NCBI RefSeq assembly: GCF_006345805.1
Contig: NC_043002.1
Coordinates: forward strand, 27,528,001 to 27,592,000
Direction: 5' to 3'
From: Octopus sinensis
Taxonomy: Eukaryota
DNA: 64,000 nucleotides
The notes under the pieces are model-generated. The model saw only the letters and a list, made by a program, of their open reading frames with translations, searched no databases and had not been told where the DNA came from. Shown in pieces: positions 15,313-27,964 of this stretch (position 1 is its first letter; every line of letters starts with the position of its first letter). The translations under genes and the position numbers were made by a program.

Positions 15313-16237
15313 TGTGTGTGTGTGTGTGCGTGTGCGTGTGTGTGTGTGTACATACATATATATATATATATGTGTATGTGTTTATGTATGTATGCAAAAT
15401 CAGGTGAGATAGATAGATATAGAAAGAGTGAATGAGTGAGTGAGTGAGTGACTGACTGACTGACTGACTGACTGACTGACTGAGTGACTTACTGACAGTG
15501 AGTGAGAAGAAATATTAACATATTTCAACAAAACGATGTAAAGTTTTATCCCACCAAATATTAAGAAATACGAGAAATTATGAAAAATATTTTCGATCGA
15601 TTATTTTGTTCTATAAAATTAGTCAATCGATTTAAAAAAATTCGATGAAAATTTCTAGTACAAATTGCAATGATTGATAGCAATGCTTTAATTAATTAAA
15701 AAGGTGAATATTTATTATTTTATAAATGTACTTTCTCTATGAATAAAATTCACAAAGGTCGATGTTGCTCACAGACTAAATGCAATGATCCATAAAGAAT
15801 TTTTTAATCAATTGCAAGAAAACAGGTAATGAGAAGAATATTCATGAGCGTCAAGTATAACTCTTATGAAGATGTGCGATGGAGACTCATTATTAGGAAT
15901 TTAATTTACCTCCTGATAATTTTAATGTATTTTCGTTTCTCGTTCGTTTCTGTAGGTGGATTGCGTTCATTCTTGGGCCATGCCAGTACTTTGTTTAGAA
16001 CTTAGTTTAGCGATCTTTGTTTATCAAATATTTCTGTTTAGTTTCATCGTAAAAAGTCGTAACTCGCAGAAAATTAATATCACAACACATTTCTTTAAGA
16101 TGTCTTAAATTAGCAGTTATTTGTATAAGACACAAAGTCCTTTTCTTCATTTTCTCTTTTTCCTCTCACTTTCATAATTACGAACACACACACACACTCA
16201 CACATATACATATATATATACATATATATATATATAT

Positions 16238-16326
<89 letters not shown>

Positions 16327-16384
16327 GCACGTCAACACAGTAATGGACACACATACACAAAAAGAAATGCATACACACTTATTA

Positions 16385-17656
16385 AGTGCGTCCCAGAAAG
16401 ATTTACCCATGTTTAAACTATTTCTAAAGAGTGTTGGTTCAAGTAAGATTATCTACATTTTATATAAAGATTTGCATATGTCCTTTGTTCATGTGTTTTT
16501 TGTTTCATTTGTCTATAACAGGTTTATAAACAATCATGGCGTCAAAAACAAACGTGTCCAGATTGTCGCTTTGAAAACAGCTGGAGTGTGAGCAACAAGC
16601 ACATAACAACGCAGTTGAATATGTCGTAAAACAGGGTTCAATTCCTGGAAATAATATATGGAGTACGCTACTGCCTCTAGAAAGCCAATTCCTGGTAGGA
16701 AACGATCAATTCGTACCAAACAACCTGTTGAAGTTGGGAACAAGCGAATGCACCGAAATCCCCGCAAGAGTACAAGAACAACTTCAAAATGTCTTGATAT
16801 TTCGAAATCGTCAATGCACAGAATTTTTATAGGGGATTTAAATCTTACTGCATACAGGAAACAATTTTAGCAGTTGATTTCAGCAGATATCAAAAAGAAA
16901 CGGCTCGACAGGGGTAAAGCCACGTTAGCTGAGATAAAAAGCGCTGCTAACTAAGATTTGATCTAGTCCCACGAGAAAATCTTCACCGTGGAAGCAGCTC
17001 CCAACAGGGAAAATGGCAGGCTTTATGCACATAATGCAGGAGAAGTGCTCGAAGGTAGCAGGTGTCCTTTAGGCCGTTAGAAGCCAACTTCACCCGTGGT
17101 GTGGGCCGCAGTCGCCTAATCCTCTGATGGGTTCGAGGTTCCCTTGATCTTCTTCGATGCTGGTGTCAAGGTCATCAGTGACCTTTATGTGGAAATGTTG
17201 CATGAGAAACATTTAGTTACCATTACATCATCACTCAATGCGAGGCCAAATATCCAGTTGTCACAGAGGTATTTCAAAGAGCAATTCAATTGGTTTTGGA
17301 ACAAGACAATATGGCCTCCCTCAAGTCCAGACATCAATCCATGGACTTCGCTAATTAGCCCTTCTCAGAGAATTATGTTTCTCCTCGCTCCTATTCAAAT
17401 GTGTCAGATCTGAAGAAAGCCCCTCTATTTTCATGGACGAAGTTAGATGAAGAGGTGATAGGGCATTCGTGGAACTCAGTGACCGCTCGTTTGCAGGCTA
17501 CGATCAAGGCGAAAGACGGTCATTTTGAAATATAATTACTGCAATGGAAGGACAATTTGTATTAGAACGTGTATACCAAATCTCATTATTCTTCATTAAG
17601 TTTAGTTTGAATAATTAAGAAATATCAGTGGACAAATCTTTCTGGAACACCCTGTA
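16385..17656 (+). mobile_element. Tc1/mariner-superfamily transposon (maT/DD37D-like), full length but decayed
   Basis: Degenerate TIRs share ccagaaagattt (16385-16408 and 17628-17656). Transposase motifs GRKRSIRT, RNPRKSTR, SHEKIFTVE and WPPSSPDINP are present with many stops. Confidence 0.85.
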
Positions 17657-17689
17657 CAAACACACACGGGGGGAGCACAGGTTGATAGA

Positions 17690-17973
<284 letters not shown>

Positions 17974-18761
17974 CTGCAATTATGAAGGAAAATATATCAC
18001 ATTAGCCTCCCAACTTTACTGAAACCCGCTATTCATGGAGAAATTCTAATACAAACCAGCTGAATGGGCCTTGCAATTTAGAAACAGCCATACATGAAGT
18101 AATGTTTATTTCAGCATATTCTAATCACCATATTGCCCTGGAGCGTTATAGTGGTATGGGAGAAGGGTAGGTGAAGAGAAAATAATATAATTGTGCTTCC
18201 ACCTTTTTTCTTTCACAAATATTGATAAAGGAAAAATAAGAGCAGTGTGACATTAAAATATTAATGTAAAATCTTTAGTTTATAGCATTACATGATAAAT
18301 GCTAGAAACCGGTTATAGCCTATGCGGTGAAATATTTAATGCTAATAAACTGGCTGCTGATGTAGCGTTATTCGCGAAATTGAAAGCTAAATTACTTTCG
18401 TATTGAAACCGGCTGATAGAGACTGTATGAAACACCTCGCTTTTAAGCAGGATTTGAACTCGGAAAAGTACGCAACGGTATTCAACTTCACGGTCATACA
18501 GTTCCACGAAACCACCGTCTTGGATCGTACGTTTTTATCGATTTTGAAAAAATAAAAAGCGAAGTTAATACCGGTGGGATTGAGCACTGATTCAATGAAC
18601 AGGTAAGTTCGTTGAACGAATAATTAAATACATATTGTAGAGAAAAACGGAGGGCCATCAATCTATATCTGTGTGTATGTAAGTGTTTGTATCTTTCTAT
18701 GTCTCTGTTCGTATACGAGTGTGGGCAGATAAATAGAATAATTGTAAACGAGCGCTGTAGA

Positions 18762-19044
18762 GGAGCAATGGCCCAGTGGTTAGGTCAGCGTATTCGCGGT
18801 CGGAGGATCGCGGTTTCGATTCCCAGACCGGGCATGGTGTGTGTTTATTGAGCGAAAACACCTGAAGCTTCAGGAGGTCCGGCAGGGGGTGGTAGCGACC
18901 CCTGTTGTACTCTTTCGCCCCACTCTTTCTTCTTGAGTAACGCTGCGATGGACTGTCGTCCTGTCCAGCTGCGAGGAATACATACGCCACTGAAGCCGGG
19001 AAACTGGGCCCATGAGCCTGGCTAAGCTTGAAAAGGGCGCATAA
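18762..19044 (+). mobile_element. tRNA-derived SINE, family S3, body type A
   Basis: A box tggcccagtgg, B box gtttcgattcc; body gtaacgctgcgatggactg; ends gaaaagggcgcataa. A second copy lies at 46774-47056. Confidence 0.85.
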
Positions 19045-19350
19045 GAAAAATAAAAACGAGGTCGAGCATATGTCTGTGCAGTATAATAATGGTTTTGTTT
19101 AAGATATTAGTGAATTCGGGAATAAAAGAGCACAAAACATAATTCAAACTTCTCGTCAAAGAAAATTATTTTGAACATCATACCTGCTCCACGGAGTCGG
19201 AAATTCATGGAAATTATTCCATCGATAACTGTAAAACAAAGAAAATATATATATATTAGATCTTCAACTACAGCAGAGTAATATTTTTAACGCATAAATA
19301 TATTTGTATACAGGAATACATACATAAGTGTATGTATGTATGTATGTATG

Positions 19351-19399
<49 letters not shown>

Positions 19400-19522
19400 A
19401 TGTTAAATTATTATTAGATTTTTCATTCTTTTTCCTACGTTTGTCTTATATATATTCATCATCATTATCAGCAGCAGCAGCAGTTGTAGTAGCAGCAGCA
19501 ATATCACTATCAGCAGTAGCCG

Positions 19523-19944
19523 TATGAAAGATGGCAGAATCCCCAAGGACATACTCGACGGAGAGCTTGCTAGGGGTACTAGTTCTGTGGGTAGACCGTT
19601 CTTACGTTACAAGGATGTTTGCAAAAGGGACGTGAAGGCCTGCAACATCAATATTAGCGGTTGGGAAGCAGTTGCCGGCAACCGTGGAGATTGGCGACGT
19701 ACCGTAAAAGAGGGAATACAAAGTAGTGACAGAGAGAGATGGGGGGAAATGGAAAGACAAGAGAAGACGTCAACAAGAAACTATGGCATTACAACCAGCC
19801 AGGAACAGTCTTCGCTACATTTGCGGTACCTGCCAGAGGGAGTGTTTGTCCAGGATAGGACTACACAGCCACAGCAGGAAATGTTAAATCCGGACTAGGC
19901 TATTTTATGCGCAACTCCATTGTCTCCCGAGACAAAAAGGATGC

Positions 19945-19950
<6 letters not shown>
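19523..19950 (+). mobile_element. RTE (BovB-like) LINE 3' end
   Basis: MKDGRIPKDILDGEL..GRPFLRYKDVCKRD is a typical RTE C-terminus, followed by a frameshifted C2H2-like finger (ICGTCQRECLSRIGLHSH) and a 3' tail into (TA)n. Confidence 0.9.
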
Positions 19951-20011
<61 letters not shown>

Positions 20012-20040
20012 ATGGATGGATGGATGGCTGCATGCATGGA

Positions 20041-20602
20041 TGTATAATATTTGTAAAAATGAACCGGGGGTTTGATAAGCTATGGAGAAAGAGCGACGAG
20101 GAAAGATTTTTTATTCAATAATAACTATGTAACATTATATCATAATAATAATAATACTATATACTCCGAATTAAAGAGACTTTATCTAAACTATTGAAAA
20201 ATGATGATCTTACTCAGGCTAGAATCGAACCGACATATCAAAGCTAATACGGCTCTTTGTGCGTCCGATTGAGCCGGACGATCACGCCTAAATTTTGGTC
20301 AAATTTCATGTATAGATACTTAATTGTCTAGTACTACATACAATATTAGTAAACCAACCTCGCGGCTTGATAAGTTACGGAGAAAAAGCGTATCAAGCCT
20401 CCGGGATTGTTTACAAATATTATATGTAGTACTAACTAGACAGTTAAATATTTATACATAAAATTTGACTGTCTGTCTCAATCGTATGCGCAAGGAGCCG
20501 TATTAGCGTTGATATGTGGGTACGATTCTAGCCTAAGCGCATCATTTCTCAGTCAGCTTTTTAGATAATGTCGCTTTAATTCGAAGTATAAATATTATTA
20601 TT
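20041..20602. mobile_element. Tandem-plus-inverted element with tRNA-like A/B boxes (unit ~297 bp)
   Basis: Direct repeat 20041-20095 vs 20338-20390; inverted arms ~20146-20372 and 20391-20602; minus-strand A box ggctcaatcgg (20275-20265) and B box ggttcgattct (20231-20221). Confidence 0.7.
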
Positions 20603-22081
20603 TTTTTTTTCCTTCTTTCTTCAAATTTTCTTCCGTTTCTCGCCGAGTGTTTTCCCGTACACCTAGGGCAGAGAAGCTCATTGTATGCATTCCCAGATTA
20701 CACACGCAAAGTCACATGTAAAATATGTATTTAATAAAATTAATAAATAAATAAATTCATGGATGGATGTTGTTTTCACAGCGATAATGCTCTTCTCAGT
20801 ACATGAGCTGTTCCAGTTAACACGATTTTTTGCACTTCCTGTAGGGATGATAAGCCTGGTATCATTTTCAAATAGATTTCAGTACACTTTTTTTTTTTAG
20901 CATTACTAGATATCTTACAATCACTGGTGCTGTAATCGCCTTGAGATGCCACATTTTAAAAACTTCTATTAGCAAGTCTTTATATTTACTTATCTTGTCA
21001 AATTCTTCCGACGCTCTATTGTGATCGCAAGGAATACTCATGTCAATTAATAAACACACCTTTTTTGTCTGATCTCTTATAATAATATCCGGTTTATTAG
21101 CTTTTATAGTTTTGACTGTATGTACGGGGAAGTCCCATAGAATCGACATAGCTTCAGGATAGTGTTTATACCATTTGTCAGCGGTTTTGATTTTATAATG
21201 CCAACATTTTGTCCAGTGTAAATACTGATCCAATCTCTGTCATGTCTTGCTCTATATGCTACAGGTGGTAAGACTCTACACCCTGAGATTAGGTGGTCTA
21301 TAGTTTCAATCTCATCGTTACAGAATCGGCATTTTGGGTCAGCTCCATTTTTTATCACATTGGCTTGGTAGTTCCAGGTTAATAAGTTTTGGTCTTGAGC
21401 AGCTAATATGAAACTATCACTCTCTGTTTTTAGCCCTGAGCTTCGTAACCATTAGCGCGTGTGTTTCTGGTCGACATCAGCTTGTTTGCTACGAGCCACA
21501 TACTTGCCATGCAGAGGTTTCTGTTCCCATCGGCTAGCTAATTTTTCATGTGCTTTTGTCTTTGCAATTAATTTTATTTTCTTTGCAGCAGCAGTTGGCG
21601 CATTTCCTTCAACCTGATCAATCTGGTAGGTATCTAAGAGATCAGTAGCGAATGTTTTGCTCTCTTTCAGAATAGAGTGAAGTTTTTTACGGTCTTTCAT
21701 GTTTTTCAACAAGTTTTTGCATCCAATCGTTGGTTGTTTCAAGGTATTTGACCAGTCCGATTGTGGTGGTTTTGTACATATGGTCAAGCTGAATCAAACC
21801 TCGACCTCCCTGAGCTCTGGGAAGGTGAAGACAATCCACGTCTGCCTTTGGATGGTGCTTCTTATTACAAGTCAGTAGCTTGCGGGTTTTTCTGTCAATT
21901 TTCATTATTTCACTGGTATTCCAGTTAAGCACATTGAAGCTATAACGAACAACTGGGACTGCAAAGGAATTTATGGCTAAGACATTATTATATGCATTCA
22001 GCTCAGACATCAGGACTCTGCTCGAACTCTTCTATAACATTCCTTCCTAACCTTCTCTTTCATGTTTGCATGCTGGGTACC
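20603..22081 (-). mobile_element. R4/Dong-clade non-LTR retrotransposon, 5'-truncated
   Basis: RT C-terminus (AINSFAVPVVRYSF, HPKADVD), CCHC knuckle (CRFCNDEIETIDHLISGC) and restriction-like endonuclease (ILWDFPVHT..KPDII..LIDMSIP); 3' end abuts a TAA-type repeat. Confidence 0.92.
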
Positions 22082-22092
22082 ATATATATATG

Positions 22093-22181
<89 letters not shown>

Positions 22182-22185
<4 letters not shown>

Positions 22186-22360
22186 AATCCAAATATATCA
22201 ATAATAAGATATTAGCAGACAAGAAGACATACACAATGAATGTCTGTATTTGTTTGACGCTCGGTAAAAAGAAATCGATTTGACGTTTCGAGCATAGCAC
22301 TTCGTCGGAAAGGAAAAAGAAAATTTAAAGAAGGAAGACAAATAGACAACAATACGTATA
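22182..22360 (-). mobile_element. Penelope-type pLTR fragment with minimal type I hammerhead motif (U4C damaged)
   Basis: Minus strand uuu-CCGACGA-a-GUGC(uau)GCUC-GAAA-CG-UC^aaa at 22311-22279; the end motif tttggatttacta matches the 45630-45800 copy. Confidence 0.6.
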
Positions 22361-22439
22361 TAGTTATGTTGCTGAAGTGGCTGTAAGTAGAAAGAGATAA
22401 AGAAGTGGTTTTCAAGGACAAGAGGGTGTAAAGATAACT

Positions 22440-23420
22440 TGCATGTGTGTGTGTCTATGTCTGTGTGCGTGGTAGTATTTGTGTGTGTGCGTTTATGTAT
22501 AAATGAGTGATGCACGTATTAGGATTTGAGTCAACGCACACGTTTGGCAGTTGGTGTTTGATGCAGTTGTAGGAAGTGAAAATTGTGTGCATGGATAGAG
22601 GCGGCTGTGTTTGTGTATATGTGTTTGCATGTGTGCATATGACGAAGTGGGAATGTACGATTGCGTGTGTGTGTGTGTATGTATATATGTGTGTGTATAT
22701 ATGTGCATATGTATCTGTGTGAGGTCGTGTGTGTGGAAGTATATGTACATATGTGTGTGGAGGTATATGTGCGTGTGTGTGCGTGAGAGATGTGTGGTGA
22801 CACGTGTGGGGTTTTGCGTTTGCGCATGAGCGTGTAGGCACGTGTGTGTACGCGTGCATCAGTGTACATAGGAGTATATATATGTGCTTATGAGCTTGTA
22901 TGTGTGTGTGTATATATGCGTGTGTAAATGTGTGTGTATTTGCGCGTATGTGTGTCTATATACGTATGTGTGTGTATATGTGCCTATGAGTGCGTGTGAG
23001 GGCGTGGATGAGTATGTATGCCTGTGTGGATGTGTGTGTGCGTGTGACTGTGTCCGTGTGTGTGAGCGTGCGTATGTATATGGAATATGATGGGATGTGT
23101 GTGCGAGATGACAAATATGTGTGCGCGTCAGAGTTGTTATTTGTATATATGTGTGTGTGTTTGTGTTTCTGTGAGTGAGTGTGTGTGTGTGTGTGTGTGT
23201 ATGCATATTTGCGTATGAGTGATTGTGAGGGCGTGTGTGTGGAGTGGGTGTTTTTATATGTAAGGGTGTATGCATGCGTGTGTATATTTGTGTATGTACG
23301 TTTGCGCATGTGTTTGAATATGTGTGCGTGTACAGGGTTCTATTTGTACAGGTCAGGATATATCAGCGTGTATATGAGTACGGTATGTGTCTCAATATTA
23401 TGTGGGGGTGGGGCCATGCC
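22440..23420. repeat. Cryptic GT/TA-rich low-complexity tract (~1 kb)
   Basis: Degenerate (GT)n/(TA)n; source of many spurious ORFs. Confidence 0.9.
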
Positions 23421-23584
23421 ATTTATATCGGTTAGTATGAGTTGAATAGAAATTGAAGAACAACCAGAAAATGAAGAATAAAAATAAAAACATACTTTAA
23501 AAATGCGCATGTGCGTGCGTCCGTACGTACGTGTGTGTATCTGTGAATGTATATATATATATATAATATTATATATATATATAT

Positions 23585-23719
<135 letters not shown>

Positions 23720-23844
23720 TGATAAGCATAACAAATGCGCAACCGGTAAAAAGAACTTTCACCTAATTAAATTACTTAAATTACTTCAATTATTTGTCAG
23801 CATTTTCTTCATTTCCTTTTATATATATATATATATATAATATA

Positions 23845-23899
<55 letters not shown>

Positions 23900-23926
23900 C
23901 AAAATAAGCAACAAGAATGACTCCGG

Positions 23927-24019
23927 TAATTTGGTACGATCGTTTCGTACTACATCATTTTATTAAATGTTGTAAGTATTACAATAGATTTTAGATGCTG
24001 AGTACTCATCAGCCAATTA
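23927..24019 (-). ncRNA. Type I hammerhead ribozyme, canonical core
   Basis: uaauugg-CUGAUGA-GUACU...AGUAC-GAAA-CGAUCG-UA^ccaaauua; palindromic stem III ACGAUCGU; predicted cut between 23935 and 23934. Confidence 0.85.
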
Positions 24020-24227
24020 TACACGTTTTCAATTAATACAAAAATTTTCATATCAAGTGGCAACATTATAGAGAAGGTAGATATATAGACAAAGATTTTA
24101 GTCAGTCAGTGGACTCTACTACCTCATATGTTCTTAACGTTTAAATCCACATCTTTGTCTATATATCTACCTTCTCTATAATGTTGCCACTTGATTTGAA
24201 CATTTTTGTATTAATGGAAAACCTCTA

Positions 24228-24309
24228 TAATTGGCTGATGACTACTCAGCATCTTAAATCTGTTGTAATACAACAAAATTATGTAGTACGAAACGATCGT
24301 ACCAAATTA
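24228..24309 (+). ncRNA. Type I hammerhead ribozyme copy (G10.1 mutated to C)
   Basis: CUGAUGA at 24235-24241, GAAA at 24290-24293, GUA cut after 24301. Confidence 0.7.
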
Positions 24310-24584
24310 CCGTAGTCATTCTTGTTACTTATTTTGATTATAATCACCCCACGGATTTTTATGGATAACACCATTCAAAATTCTGGTGCATCTAAATTAA
24401 GTACCATATTCATTTGAATCTAAATTTTTGCTGAACTTATATATATATGTATTTATGTATGTATGTATGTATGTATGTATGTATGTATGTATGTATGTAT
24501 GTATGTATGTATGTATGCACATGTGTATACATGTATACGTACATACATACACTTGCACATGTATATATTGAATATGGGAGGGAG

Positions 24585-24695
24585 AGGGAAGAATTTTTGA
24601 ATTTCTTCCATTTTGGATTTCCTGGTATCTGAGCTAGGTAGCAATCAACTGCTTTTGCTATCATCCCTAGGGCACCTATGAAAACAAGTATTGTT
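24585..24695 (-). mobile_element. R4/Dong-like C-terminal fragment
   Basis: IGALGMIAKAVDCYLAQIPGNP matches the IVGALGMIKK..IPG motif of the other copies. Confidence 0.6.
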
Positions 24696-24756
24696 TTAGT
24701 ATTGAGGTTTCACATTTTACAATTTCTTTTGCAAGATCTTTATATATGAGCAAACA

Positions 24757-24930
24757 CGCCGAGCTGCCAGAATCGTCTGTCCCCACATTTTGTGTTCAAA
24801 TTCCGCCGAGGTCGATTTTGCTTTTCATCGTTTCGGGGACAATAAAATAAGTGCTAGTTGAGCACTGTGGTCAACGTAATCGACTTAGCCCCTCTCCCGA
24901 ACGTTCTGGTTCTTTCCAAAACTTTGAATC
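24757..24930 (+). mobile_element. SINE family S1 copy
   Basis: gagctgccagaatcg...gttcaaattccgccgaggtcgattttgc. Confidence 0.8.
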
Positions 24931-25184
24931 CAGTATTTATATTTTAGCAATTCCAGCGTTGATGACACATTTTAGCCATTCAAAAGCACACAAAGGTTGT
25001 TTTGACACCTAATAACGGAAGTTAATCTAAAGAGTTTTTGTGAATGGCTAATGTGTACCTTCCACCCTGCAATCGTTTTCGTTGCCTGGGGAATGATTGG
25101 CTTGAGAAATAAATGTATTGAAATAAACCTTTGTCTCTCTCCCCTCCCTCTTTCTCCCCCTCTCTCTCTCAACAATAATAATGA

Positions 25185-25393
25185 TTTCAAACTTTGCCAC
25201 AAGAGCAGCGATTTTGGGGGAGATGATGATTTGATTACATCGACCCCAGTGTTGAACTGGTATTTATCTTATCGACCCTGAAAGGATGAAAGGTAAATTT
25301 GACATCGGCGGAATTTGAATTCAGAAAGTAGTGACGGGCGAAATACCGCTAAGCATTTCTTCCGGCGCGCTAACGATTCTGCCAGTTCACCGC
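25185..25393 (-). mobile_element. SINE family S1 copy
   Basis: Reverse complement of the head gcggtgaactggcagaatcgttagc and the core atcgataagataaatacc. Confidence 0.85.
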
Positions 25394-25879
25394 TTTGTCA
25401 ACAATAATAATAAGGATTATTACGAAATTGCCAAGCATTAATTGTCAGTTGCTAATTGCAGAAACGACTGTCACTACATAAACCTGATGATTGCGTAACG
25501 AATGTTACCACTAAGTTTATTTCAATATTATAAAATTGCAAATAATAAAACGTAAAATTCAAACTGAGTTGGAATTTTACAGATCAATATATTCTTCTAT
25601 ATACAATAATACAAACACGGATATCTGTGTGGGTGTATATATATATATATATATATATACATACATATATGTATGTGATATATGTATATATATGCAATAT
25701 ATATATGTATGTGTATGTTTATACAATATATGCATATATTTTTATAATATTACGGTGTTTGTGCATTTGTGTGTGCGTCTTTATGAGCGTATTTGGTTTT
25801 GACCTCGGGTTCTTCTTAAATTATAATCTCATCATGTGTCTGCAAATAGACATTATCTCAGCTTTTCTAGTCATTATCA

Positions 25880-26700
25880 GTGTCGCATGCATTATAGCGT
25901 GGCATTTCTTGGCCGACCATTAATTCTATAATTTAGAGATTAATGTGGTTTATATGTCGTCTGCCAGATATGCTTTGAGAATGATACGGGTTTTTCTTTT
26001 CTCTTAGTTGATATGTTGGATACCATAGAAGTATTGGGAATAATTGACATTTAAATGAGGTTTTCTCCTAAGCCGATGTAAGAAAATGTGCTACATATAT
26101 TTATCTTTCTGTATTGATGCTCTTACTCACAATGGGGTGATTTTGCTTCTATTTCTAGCAGCTTAGGCGATTTTAGAATCTGTAACATCTAATTACTTAG
26201 CGGAAGAAAATTCTTGAGGCAGAACCTACTTGAAGAATTAATTGGAGACCGAAGTAATGCCAATTTTATGAAGTAGTTCACCAAAATATTTAGAATTCGT
26301 CTGTGAGAGTGGTTCAAACATTTACAGGTGACAGGCAGGAAAGCCATTTCTTAACAAAAGAATCAAACTAAATATATCTCACCATAAAAATTACTGTACA
26401 GAGTTTATTAGTTTTATTGAGTCTTTAGGCCATATAACAAACATCAGAACTTGATGGATTCAAACGTTGCTTTTTGTCTTTTTGCTGTTGTATAGGCCGA
26501 CGTTATATTTGATCACAGAGCTGGTTAGACCGTAGGTCTGCCAATATCGAACTCCCAGCTTTTATTTAGTTAATCTGTATCTAGTTATATAATAGTTATT
26601 ATGTAATTATCCTATATGAACCTTTCCTTCCTATGACAGCCAAGTTATGTGCTAAAGCAAATTTAACTGCTGACTCGATGAAGACAAGTGCCAACATAGA
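25880..26700 (-). mobile_element. hAT (Charlie/Buster-like) transposase remnant
   Basis: Degraded C-terminus EKRKTRIILKAYLADDI...SAKKCH resembles the Charlie-type dimerisation region. Confidence 0.45.
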
Positions 26701-27239
26701 AATTCTCTTCTAAACTGCAATTTATCTGATTCAAGCGATTAGTCTCTACTACAGAGTATGTTTCTTAAAATTCTGTAGCAACGTAGTCGTAATTACTTTA
26801 CGCTAACAAGATTTGAAAGCAGAAATATAACCGACGTGATTAAATTTTTTATCTAACACAGTTTCTACAACAGATATTTATTTCTGAACTAACTGGGATA
26901 TGCTAAACGTCTCACGCACATACCTCCATACTCACGCATACAGGCACACACCTCACACACATACGTGGACACGCAAAAACAAAGCACATTCACGCACTTA
27001 TATACACAGACCTCTTAGACGAACAAGATGGAATAAACGGTGCTAACAATTAGATTTCTCAATATAACTTCCTATTTCCAAATGGCTTGACCATGCTCCT
27101 TGGTATCAATAAAGGAGCACTAGTTACCAACTCTATGCATCTGTGTATGTGTCTGTGTGTTTGTATGTATGTAAGGGTTATGCATGCGTACATGTATATA
27201 TAAATACGTACATACTTTGTAGCCGTTATCTTTTACATT

Positions 27240-27615
27240 TTTTAGTTATTAGCCTACAGCCATGCTGGGGCATCGACGGGAAGGATTTCTAGTCGAATGA
27301 ATCGACCCCAGCACTTATTGTTTTTAAGCCTGGTACTTATTTTATGGAGCTCTTTCGCTGAACCGCTAAGTTACGTGGACGTAAACACACCAACAAATGT
27401 TGGCAAACGGTGGTGAAGGACAGTCACAGACACAAAACACACACATGCGCACATATGGCGGGCTTCTTTCAGTTTCCGTCTTCCAGATACACTCACAAGG
27501 CTATGGTCAGCCAGGTTTTACCGTAGAAGAAACTTACCTAAGGTGCCACGCAGTGTGACTGAACCTATAAGCATGTGGTTGGAAAGCAAATTCTTGCCAC
27601 ACAGCTGAGCCTGCA
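27240..27615 (-). mobile_element. tRNA-derived SINE, family S2
   Basis: Same body as 63280-63690 (ccacgcagtg.gactgaacc; cttctttcagtttccgtc; catgctggggca). Confidence 0.85.
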
Positions 27616-27745
27616 TACAAACATACATATACGTACACATATATACACACATATACATACATGTAACTGCGTTCTACACACTTTCAGCCTACTATAATTC
27701 AGTAAAATGTTACTTTACAACCTAAATATATAGCAGAAAGCATTT

Positions 27746-27964
27746 GCTCAAAATACCGCCCAACAGCTCAAAATATCGCCCAGCAGCTCAAAATACCGCC
27801 CAACAGCTCAAAATATCACCCAACAGCTCAAAATACTGCCCAGCAGCTCAAAATACAATCCAATAGCTCAAATACCACCCAACAGCTCAAAATACTGCTC
27901 AACAGCTCAAAATACTGCCCAACAGCTCCGAATACCGCCCAACAACTCCAAATACTGCCCAACA
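27746..27964. repeat. 20-bp minisatellite, ~11 copies (gctcaaaataccgcccaaca)
   Basis: Directly visible tandem array with point variants. Confidence 0.95.

Larger units (their letters stand above)
23894..24342. mobile_element. Inverted-duplicated Penelope-type element carrying one hammerhead per arm
   Basis: Arms 23894-24096 and 24151-24342 are reverse complements; left end abuts (TA)n. Confidence 0.85.

Noticed and set aside
27746-27964. CRISPR-like array
   Set aside because: The units are contiguous with no unique spacers, and the context is eukaryotic.
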